Origin: Pseudomonadota bacterium
Lineage (GTDB): Bacteria; Pseudomonadota; Gammaproteobacteria; Burkholderiales; JBFMAC01
Assembly (NCBI GenBank): GCA_040756015.1
Contig: JBFMAC010000007.1
Span: forward strand, 42,685 to 106,684
Direction: 5' to 3'
DNA: 64,000 nt
The notes beneath the pieces are model-generated. The model saw only the letters and a program-made list of their open reading frames with translations. It was not told the origin of the DNA and did no database searches. Made by a program: the position numbers and the translations under genes. The stretch's first letter is position 1. Each line of letters opens with the position of its first letter. Positions 56,903 to 64,000 of the stretch are shown piece after piece.

Positions 56903-57814
56903 TTAGATGATTCCCTTTTCATGCAGCAAGTCGAGCGAGTCACTGACGTTTTCATGTATACCGAGCTTGCGTGCCGATAGGCCCAGCGCCAATCCCAGCA
57001 ACTGGGTGAAGTACACTATCTTTACCTTGGTCTTGATGCCGAATTCGGTCTCGGCGCGCACTTGGTGCATTTCCAGCCCGGAATGACAGGTGGGGCATTC
57101 GGTGGCGATGATTTCCGCACCACTATCTTCCGCCGCTTGCAGTAGGTTGAGTACGAGTTGGGTCGATGTGTCGGAATCGGACAGGGTGTGCGCGCCGCCG
57201 CAACAAGCGGTCTTCAGCGGGAAGTCGACGTTCTCGGCGCCTGCCGCGGCGAGCAGGTCGTCCATGAAGTGCGGCTTGTAGGAGGATTCCGAGCCGGGAC
57301 CCTGGTCTTTTTCCGGGAAAATCTGGCGCGGGCGGGTGTACATACAGCCGTAGTAGTTGGCGATTTTCACGCCGTTGAGGCTTTTGCTGATGCATTGCTT
57401 GATGCCGTCCGGGCCGACTTCCTCCATCAGCCATTCAAGCAGGTGCACGGTGCGTACGTTGCCACGGTATACCGGATCGCCTGCTTTCTTCGCCAGCCCC
57501 TGCACGGTTTGCAATGCTTCCTCGGAGGTGGCGAGTTCATACTCCGCCTTTTTCAGGTTGTGGTAGCAGCCGTTGCACGGCGCCATCACCGTGTCGTAGC
57601 CCATGGTTTCCGCAGCGATGGCGAGGTTGCGCGCCGACATATAGGTTTGCAGCATGGGATGGACGTTTTTTACTTCCATTGCACCGCAGCAATTCCAGTC
57701 CTGCAGGTTGTCCATCTCCAGGCCGAGCTTGTCGACGATGGCGCGCGTGGAGTGATCATAAGGCCCGCCCGAGCCTTCCAGCGCACAGCCGGGGTAATAT
57801 GCAACTTTAGCCAT
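56903..57814 (-). CDS. shdrB2: sHdr subunit B2
   Basis: YYPGC, WNCCG, APCNGC, YYGC, ACCGG and CPTC (CCG domains). Confidence 0.93.
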   Translation of the reverse strand: MAKVAYYPGCALEGSGGPYDHSTRAIVDKLGLEMDNLQDWNCCGAMEVKNVHPMLQTYMSARNLAIAAETMGYDTVMAPCNGCYHNLKKAEYELATSEEALQTVQGLAKKAGDPVYRGNVRTVHLLEWLMEEVGPDGIKQCISKSLNGVKIANYYGCMYTRPRQIFPEKDQGPGSESSYKPHFMDDLLAAAGAENVDFPLKTACCGGAHTLSDSDTSTQLVLNLLQAAEDSGAEIIATECPTCHSGLEMHQVRAETEFGIKTKVKIVYFTQLLGLALGLSARKLGIHENVSDSLDLLHEKGII

Positions 57815-57838
57815 CAGTGTCTCCTAATCTCTGCCCTG

Positions 57839-58606
57839 TCAGTGCACCAGACGTTTCTGTTCCTCGACATACTGCTTCAGCACCTCGCCGGTGCGCCCCC
57901 ACGACCTGGTACGGGGCTTGAAGAAGATCGCCAGCCCCATGTGCAGCGGCTGTTTGATCGGCACGCGTGCAAGGAACCTGCCTATATGGCCTTGTTTGAG
58001 TTCGTTCCACTTGTTCATGCGTGCGATGAATATGCCCAGCCAGCCTTTTCTGGCAAGGGCGACAATGTCTTGTTTGGTTTTCTTGAAGAAGTTGGTCATC
58101 ACCTCGGTGTCCTCGATGCGTCCACGGTGCAGGCACTGGCGGGTAAATTCCTCGTCGAACAGCGTCGAATTCGATTTCGCCACATGACCCTGGTCTTCCA
58201 TCCAGTGTTGCAGGGCTTTCATCACGCCTTCCGGGCGCACATCCTTGGGGCAGATGTTGGTGCACTTGTTGCACGACACGCATTGCCAGATGATGTCCTT
58301 GTCCTTGAGCAGCTCGTTCTTGAGGCCGAGGTTGGTGAGGTAGATCCAGTAGCGCGGATTGAAATCGGTGTTTTGCGCGTACATGGTGCAGGAGTTGGTG
58401 CATGAACCGCATTGCCAGCAGCGGTGCACGTTCTCTCCGCCACCGTATTGGCGGATGGTTTTGCTGAAGCTGGCGTCGTAATCGGTCAGCGTGCGCGGCA
58501 GGATCATGGTGTTCCAGTGCCCGGACACATCGACGCCGTCTACCACCAGCTTGTCGCTGCTGACGAGGTGATCCGGTGCGATCAGCGTTTTTTCATGTAT
58601 CGGCAT
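57839..58606 (-). CDS. shdrC2: sHdr subunit C2
   Basis: CWQCGSCTNSC and CVSCNKCTNICP [4Fe-4S] motifs. Confidence 0.93.
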   Translation of the reverse strand: MPIHEKTLIAPDHLVSSDKLVVDGVDVSGHWNTMILPRTLTDYDASFSKTIRQYGGGENVHRCWQCGSCTNSCTMYAQNTDFNPRYWIYLTNLGLKNELLKDKDIIWQCVSCNKCTNICPKDVRPEGVMKALQHWMEDQGHVAKSNSTLFDEEFTRQCLHRGRIEDTEVMTNFFKKTKQDIVALARKGWLGIFIARMNKWNELKQGHIGRFLARVPIKQPLHMGLAIFFKPRTRSWGRTGEVLKQYVEEQKRLVH

Positions 58607-58615
58607 TCTTTCTCC

Positions 58616-59464
58616 TCAATGCGTGGCGATGGACGCCTCTTTCTTCACGCGCGAGCGCCCATCCTTGCGTAGGGCGTCTATTCCCAGCAGTTTCTTCAAT
58701 TGGTCGGCTTGGCTGATGCCGCGTCCAAAGTCGACACCCAGGTTGCCTTCCGCCACGGCGCGGAAATAGCCGAGGTAAGCCTGCGCCAGTACCAGATCGA
58801 TCCAGAAGTGGATGTCGCGGTAAATGCCCTGATCAGCGATACGCTTGCCCAGCCAGCGGCGCGCCGCTTCAAAGATTTCCACACGGTTGTCGAACGGGAT
58901 TTCGCTCATGTGGTCATTGCCGCGTATGAATTCGCGCAGCGCACCGCTCATGGTGGCTTTGTCCCACACCCAGCGTGCCATCAGCGGATATCGCACGGGG
59001 TCATGGAAATGCAGCAGCTCCGCCGCGAAATCCCAGGCCGCGCGCCTGACTTTGTTGGCGGCTTTTATGTCGTTGCGGTTTTCTCCCGGCGCGATGGGCA
59101 TTGCGGTGACGAAGCCATGCATTCTTTGCGTTACCGCTTCGTTGCCACGCAGCAATTGCGCCAGCGCCTGTCCGGTTTGCGCTTCTCCAAAGGCGGCGAG
59201 CACCGGGAACAGCTTGCGCCGCGCGGTAAAAACCTGTTCCAGCAGCAGTTCGATTTCCTCCAGTCGCAATGACTGTGGGTCTTTCAGCGCTGCGGCATAG
59301 AGCGACTGCTTGGCGTTCAGGATGGCAAGGCAGTCCTCCACGCCGGCACCCGTCATCTCTTTGGTAAGCTGGAGAAAATGGTGCTGGAACAGTTCATCGT
59401 CCAGCGTCAGCGGCAATTCGGCTGCCGCGATGTTGCGCTCAGGCTGCCTTTTGACCCAGAGCAT
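58616..59464 (-). CDS. shdrH: Conserved sHdr hypothetical subunit (sHdrH)
   Basis: Lies between shdrA and shdrC2; start uncertain (ATG 59464 with GGAG, or TTG 59416). Confidence 0.75.
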   Translation of the reverse strand: MLWVKRQPERNIAAAELPLTLDDELFQHHFLQLTKEMTGAGVEDCLAILNAKQSLYAAALKDPQSLRLEEIELLLEQVFTARRKLFPVLAAFGEAQTGQALAQLLRGNEAVTQRMHGFVTAMPIAPGENRNDIKAANKVRRAAWDFAAELLHFHDPVRYPLMARWVWDKATMSGALREFIRGNDHMSEIPFDNRVEIFEAARRWLGKRIADQGIYRDIHFWIDLVLAQAYLGYFRAVAEGNLGVDFGRGISQADQLKKLLGIDALRKDGRSRVKKEASIATH

Positions 59465-60488
59465 TGAGGTCTCCGACCGCGCGCATTGCCATCGCCAGCC
59501 CATGCGACACACTGGTGTCGATGTCTTCCGGGCCCAGCGCCGAGCCGCCCACGTAAATGCCGGGGCGGGTACTGGAGAAGCTGCTGGTGTAATGTTCGCC
59601 ACGATCCAGGAACCCATGTTTTTCCAGGCCGACGCCAAACACTTTGGCGATTTCCGGATTGTCCTGGTTGGGGTCCATGCCGATGGCATGCACTACGAGG
59701 TCAAATGGGATCACGATGGGGCGTTTCACCAACGTATCCTCGCCCTTGACCAGCAGGCGCCCGTCCGGGGATTGGGTGACTTCGGCGATGCGCGCCTTGA
59801 CGAACTTGGTTTTGAATTCTTCCTGCGACTTCCAGTAGAACTTGTCCTCGTACAGCCCGAAGGTGCGGATGTCCATGTAGTAGATGTATACGTCGGTCTT
59901 GGGGGAGAGTTCCTTGATTTCCATTGCCAGGTTGGTGGACACGGTGCAGCAGATTTTCGAGCACCATTCGCGCCCGATCTGGCGGTCACGCGAACCGACG
60001 CACAGCAGGATGGCGATGCGCTCCGGCACGCGGCCATCGGACGGGCAGACGATCTTGCCGTTGGCAACCATCTGTTCCATTTGTGTGGTGGTGAGCACGT
60101 CTTCATACGTGCCGAAGCCCCATTCCGGCTTGTTGATCGAGTCGAAGTGGGTGAAGCCGGTACCGAGGATCACCGCGCCGGCCCGCACCGTTTCGCCGTT
60201 CGACAGTGTGGCGCCGAAGTTTCCGGCGACACCGTCTAGCTTGCTGACTTTGACGCCGCGTTTGACGGTGATCAGCGGGTTTCCCTCGACGCGCTTGATC
60301 ATGCGCCCGATCGCATCCTTGGCCCATTCTCCGGAAGGCACCAGCTTGGCATAGCCAGACAGAATGGGCGCGCCGCCGAGCACACTCTCCTTTTCCACCA
60401 ACACCACTTTCTTGCCGGCAGAGGCGACGCCTGCCGCTGCCGACAGGCCGGTCGGGCCGGCGCCCACCACCAGAACGGTATCTTGCAT
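59439..60488 (-). CDS. shdrA: sHdr flavoprotein subunit A
   Basis: GAGPTG, LCVGSRD, WCSKICC, YMDIRTFG and GP.DIDTSV; short form without ferredoxin inserts. Confidence 0.95.
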   Translation of the reverse strand: MQDTVLVVGAGPTGLSAAAGVASAGKKVVLVEKESVLGGAPILSGYAKLVPSGEWAKDAIGRMIKRVEGNPLITVKRGVKVSKLDGVAGNFGATLSNGETVRAGAVILGTGFTHFDSINKPEWGFGTYEDVLTTTQMEQMVANGKIVCPSDGRVPERIAILLCVGSRDRQIGREWCSKICCTVSTNLAMEIKELSPKTDVYIYYMDIRTFGLYEDKFYWKSQEEFKTKFVKARIAEVTQSPDGRLLVKGEDTLVKRPIVIPFDLVVHAIGMDPNQDNPEIAKVFGVGLEKHGFLDRGEHYTSSFSSTRPGIYVGGSALGPEDIDTSVSHGLAMAMRAVGDLNALGQKAA

Positions 60489-60498
60489 TGTTTAACTC

Positions 60499-61845
60499 CT
60501 AGCGGCTGATTGCCAATTTGGGGTTATACAGGTATTCGATGTTGCCTTTCTCGACTTCCTTGAGGTAGGCCTCGAAGTTCTTTTTCGCCTCGTTCCAGGA
60601 AATACCCATTTTTTCCACCACTTCCTCGCACGGGCTGGCGTGCCACTGCAACTGCACGATCTTGAAAGGATCGGCGCCGCAGGCCAGCGCGGCGAACTGG
60701 ATGTCGGCCATGATAGGCATGCTGTAGTTTTGCTGGTGCGCTCTGCCTATCCACTGGTTCTTGTCCATGGTAGTGATGCAGCCGGTGTCTATACCCAGCA
60801 TCACGTCGGCATTGGCTTCCTGGCGCGCCACCTTGATCTTGCGATCCATGGTGAAGGAACGGGTGAACTCGCGCTCGGAAATGATGTGGCGGAAGCCGAA
60901 GCCGCAGCAGTCATACCAGGTCGAATAGTCGATCACCTGTGCACCCAGCGCCTGCGCCACCGACGTGCCGGGGGCGGTGCGGTTGCCGTCGAGCACGGTC
61001 GGGTCGTAAATGGCATCTTCGTGCACCATTTTGTAGTAGTGGCAGGCGGCATGCACGGTGACGCGCATGTTGGAAACGTCGATTTTCTGCAATTCAGACG
61101 CGATGCGGTTGCGCATCACGTGCACCCATTCCGAGTAGTGCACGACCTCTTCCGGGATCACCAGCTTGCCATCCACCAGCCGTCCCAACTTGCCTAGTAT
61201 CTTTTTCACCTTTTCGCGCAATTCTGGCGATTCGACCAGGTATTTGCGGATTTCCTTGTAGTTGCCGAACGAAGTGCCGCAGTGCACCAGCGGATAGAAG
61301 TGGCCGGGCTGGTGGCCGTGCTGCTTGCCGGAGACGTAAGCCTGGTGGAAATTGCGCAGGAACACTGCGGCGAGCGACTCGACGTTGCCGATGCCGGAGC
61401 CGTGGTAGTTCCAGGCAGTGCAGGAGGTCTGGTCGGTTTCATCGAGGTAGTCGCGGCCCGGTACGTAGCCGAACTGATTCATGGTCCACAGCAACGAAGT
61501 CGGATAGCCGGGAATGTTGCCGCACTGGCCGCAGGACTTGTGGTGCCACAACTGCATGGTGGGAATTTTCTTGCTCCAACCGAACAGCGTTTTCACCTCG
61601 ATGGGCTGGTGTGCATCGGTGATGCGGTGGACGATGATCTCGCCTTCCTTCTCCAGTTCCCACATGTGCTCGCGCACGTCGTCCATGCGCTCGCCCAGGT
61701 CGATGCTGCGCTTGTCGACGTGCTTCTGTACCCAGGCGGTGGCTTTTTCGGCATCGGCCGCGGACAGGTTGGTGGGCTGGAAAAAGGAGCCGTGGCCAGC
61801 GATGCCTTTTCCGTCGCTCGGCATGGAAAATTCGTTGGTGCTCAT
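60499..61845 (-). CDS. shdrB1: sHdr subunit B1
   Basis: HKSCGQC, QTSCTAW, HCGTS, WYDCCGFG and DTGC. Confidence 0.95.
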   Translation of the reverse strand: MSTNEFSMPSDGKGIAGHGSFFQPTNLSAADAEKATAWVQKHVDKRSIDLGERMDDVREHMWELEKEGEIIVHRITDAHQPIEVKTLFGWSKKIPTMQLWHHKSCGQCGNIPGYPTSLLWTMNQFGYVPGRDYLDETDQTSCTAWNYHGSGIGNVESLAAVFLRNFHQAYVSGKQHGHQPGHFYPLVHCGTSFGNYKEIRKYLVESPELREKVKKILGKLGRLVDGKLVIPEEVVHYSEWVHVMRNRIASELQKIDVSNMRVTVHAACHYYKMVHEDAIYDPTVLDGNRTAPGTSVAQALGAQVIDYSTWYDCCGFGFRHIISEREFTRSFTMDRKIKVARQEANADVMLGIDTGCITTMDKNQWIGRAHQQNYSMPIMADIQFAALACGADPFKIVQLQWHASPCEEVVEKMGISWNEAKKNFEAYLKEVEKGNIEYLYNPKLAISR

Positions 61846-61971
61846 GGTTGCCTCCAGGGCTGACGTGTCAGCCGGTTAACTGCCTATTCCTTGATGAGGT
61901 TTCGATTACGCCGAAGGGATTTTGGCTGCGGCCGCACCATGCCCGCGTTAATCGGAACCGAACCTGTTCGA

Positions 61972-62652
61972 TTATTCATCTTGTTCTTCAAGCCAATCCT
62001 CATACTCTTCTCTTTTTTCATCGATGAAGTCTTCAATCACGTCGAACAAGTTTTCATCCATGGTGGCAAGGGAATCGAGTACGCCGGTCATTTCCCAGAT
62101 GGTGTACATCTCGACCGAGGTCTTGAGCGAGACTTCCCAAGCGGTGTCGGTGGTCTGCAAGGTTTTCATCGGGATCGCCTTGCGCAACGTCTTCAGGTTA
62201 CCCTCGACCTTCTGGATGTTGGGGCCCCAGTCCGGGAAATGGTCGGGCTGGATCATGTCGGGGGAGAGTTGATTGCCAGTGGTGATCAACTTCAGCATCA
62301 CGCGTCCGAACGGGCGCAGCACGTCCTTGGCCGATTGCATGCCGTGCTTGATCGCGACTTCGCGCATGATCATCACCAGCCCGCCGGGCGAATTCTTGAA
62401 TGGGCAGCGCGCGGCGCAGGTCATGCACTGGGCGCAGGCCCAGATTTTTTCCTGCATGGCATCGTAAATTTGTTCGACGTTCTCGGTCCAGAGCAGCTGG
62501 ACGATTTCACGTGGGCTGTAGTCGTAGAATTGTGCGGAGGGGCAGGTGGCGGTGCAGATACCGCAGTTGAGGCATCCGTTCAGCTCATGGTCGTAGCGGA
62601 AATCGCTCTTGATGTCCTCGAAGATTTCGCGCATTTCAGCATAACTTGCCAT
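61972..62652 (-). CDS. shdrC1: sHdr subunit C1
   Basis: CLNCGICTATCP and CAQCMTCAARCP. Confidence 0.95.
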   Translation of the reverse strand: MASYAEMREIFEDIKSDFRYDHELNGCLNCGICTATCPSAQFYDYSPREIVQLLWTENVEQIYDAMQEKIWACAQCMTCAARCPFKNSPGGLVMIMREVAIKHGMQSAKDVLRPFGRVMLKLITTGNQLSPDMIQPDHFPDWGPNIQKVEGNLKTLRKAIPMKTLQTTDTAWEVSLKTSVEMYTIWEMTGVLDSLATMDENLFDVIEDFIDEKREEYEDWLEEQDE

Positions 62653-62761
62653 GGCTGCTTCCTTTCCTATCGCACATCAGGCAATAGATTAGAATTTCAT
62701 AATATGAAAATTTATATAAAGTCGTCGAAGAACGCAAGCCTTTTTTAGTTTTATTAAATAT

Positions 62762-63274
62762 TTAAATAAACAAGCAGATATCGGATTTTCCGGCAAATTC
62801 GAAGAAAGTGGCGGCGCCACCGTATTCGATGCCGTCGATGAAATCATCGTGGCTGAAGCCGAACAGATCCACCGTCATCTGGCAACCGATGAACTTGACC
62901 TCGGCTTCGCGGCACAGGTCGCGCAGTTCGGCAATGCTGGCGACACCGTTGTTCTTGATGGTCTGCTTCATCAGCGAGGTGGCCAGCGATTCGAACCCGG
63001 GCACGATGGCCTGCACCGCATTGGGTATGTTCCAGTTGATGTCGCGGAACCACTGCGGCCCGAACGGCATTTTCATGGGCATGCCGGGATTGCCGAGCGG
63101 GCTGATTTTGAGGCCGCTGATGTCTTTGCGTAGCAACTGCAAGCCGTAGAAAGTGAAAAATATCTGGACCTCATAGCCCAGCGCTGCGGCGGTCGAGGCT
63201 AGGATCATGGGCGGATAGGCCCAGTCCAGCGTGCCTTTGGTGGCGATGATGGCCAGTTTCTTTTGGTCGTCCAT
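62762..63274 (-). CDS. dsrE2: DsrE2-type sulfurtransferase
   Basis: ATKGTLDWAYPP, FFTFYGL, GCQMT and GAATF; follows rhd-tusA. Confidence 0.88.
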   Translation of the reverse strand: MDDQKKLAIIATKGTLDWAYPPMILASTAAALGYEVQIFFTFYGLQLLRKDISGLKISPLGNPGMPMKMPFGPQWFRDINWNIPNAVQAIVPGFESLATSLMKQTIKNNGVASIAELRDLCREAEVKFIGCQMTVDLFGFSHDDFIDGIEYGGAATFFEFAGKSDICLFI

Positions 63275-63307
63275 GGGGTTTCCCAGTTAAAATGGTGTGT
63301 GACTCGG

Positions 63308-63535
63308 TTACTTCTTTTTCAGCAGGAAAGAATACTCGCCGCCTGCTTCTGTGGAAGAGAGCAGTTCGTTGCCCGTTTGCTTGGCAAAGGCCTGGAAGTC
63401 CTTCACCGCGCCCGGGTCGGTGGCGGTGACTTTCAGTACCTGTCCGGAGGCCAGTTCGCCGAGTGCTTTTTTGGTGCGCAAGATCGGCAGTGGGCAATTC
63501 AAACCGCGTGCGTCGAGTTCCTTGTCGAAATTCAT
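63308..63535 (-). CDS. tusA: Sulfur carrier TusA
   Basis: LDARGLNCPLP, ATDPGA and GGAGG RBS. Confidence 0.95.
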   Translation of the reverse strand: MNFDKELDARGLNCPLPILRTKKALGELASGQVLKVTATDPGAVKDFQAFAKQTGNELLSSTEAGGEYSFLLKKK

Positions 63536-63632
63536 GTGACCCTCCTGGAAAAATCAGTCGATAGCGAAATACTAATAAGTGCTAATTTATTGAACAGCGC
63601 GAATATGCGCAACCCCCCATTGGCATGCCGCT

Positions 63633-63959
63633 TCACCCGGGGCGGGAGTCCAAGGGAAAACCGTAACTTAGCCACGCGAGGATGCCTCCCTGTAAATTAT
63701 AGACTTCGCGGAATCCTTTTCCCGCCAGGAACAAGCAGCCTTGTGCCGAGCGCCCGCCGGCATGGCAATACAACACGAGGGGGCGTGTATTGTCGAGTTG
63801 TGCGACCCGTGTCGGCAGTGCATGCAGTGGCACGTGCAGTGCCCCGGCAATGATGCCGCGGGCAACTTCCGCTTCGCTGCGGACATCAACCAATGTGACA
63901 TCGCCGTTCAGGTGCAGTTCATGCAGCTTTTCGGCGGTGATGTTCTGGAACATTGGCAA
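63633..63959 (-). CDS. rhd: Single-domain rhodanese
   Basis: LVDVRSEAE, GIIAGA, YCHAGGRS and NLQGGILAW. Confidence 0.92.
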   Translation of the reverse strand: MPMFQNITAEKLHELHLNGDVTLVDVRSEAEVARGIIAGALHVPLHALPTRVAQLDNTRPLVLYCHAGGRSAQGCLFLAGKGFREVYNLQGGILAWLSYGFPLDSRPG

Positions 63960-64000
63960 TCATGCATCATTGAAGTATATTAGCGGATGCTAAATTAACT

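Noticed and set aside
56649-56955. CRISPR array
   Set aside because: Only three units, the repeats are diverged copies of a coding tail, and no cas genes are in the window.
56649-56955. Diversity-generating retroelement (TR/VR pair)
   Set aside because: Differences are not adenine-specific and fall mostly at third codon positions; no reverse transcriptase is in the window.
59439-60488. Selenocysteine recoding in HdrA
   Set aside because: The frame has no internal TGA and the Cys motifs are intact.
61846-61971. Small peptide between shdrC1 and shdrB1
   Set aside because: Only an 18-codon ORF with no RBS; the hairpin just after the shdrC1 stop is more likely an mRNA-stability element.
63621-63636. 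Sigma54-like TGGCATG upstream of tusA
   Set aside because: No GC at -12, and it is on the strand opposite to the sHdr genes.

Overview
A GC-rich chromosomal segment, most likely from a sulfur-oxidising betaproteobacterium (taxonomy inferred from gene content only). From left to right: (1) a partial DUF1993 gene and ribF-ileS-lspA. (2) About 15 kb of osmotic/pH-stress genes placed between lspA and ispH: MscS, a DapB paralogue, three cation:proton antiporters, a glucosylglycerate cluster with a phosphatase-glycerate kinase fusion, a P2-type ATPase and a molybdopterin oxidoreductase. (3) ispH-fleS-fleR and a complete fliE-fliR cluster with two clear sigma54 promoters. (4) dapA-bamC, gltX, tRNA-Ala/tRNA-Glu, a dipeptide-type ABC permease and ATPase, and mltD-gloB-methyltransferase-rnhA-dnaQ. 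(5) A sigma54-driven type IV pilin followed by a TMTC-like GT-C/TPR gene. (6) A complete sHdr sulfur-oxidation cluster with LbpA proteins and the LipS1/sLpl(AB)/LipT/LipS2 lipoylation pathway. The least explained features are these. Two hairpin-preceded, synonymously recoded copies of the shdrB2 3' end lie downstream of that gene, together with an anti-motif that can pair with either copy. The IleRS editing domain is encoded by an AT-rich patch. Palindromic elements are inserted in frame in ribF, ileS and the ABC ATPase, and a five-copy nonamer-based inverted-repeat family rewrites gene ends. No CRISPR array, transposase, integrase or rRNA was seen. No database searches were run, so all product calls rest on recognised motifs and gene order.
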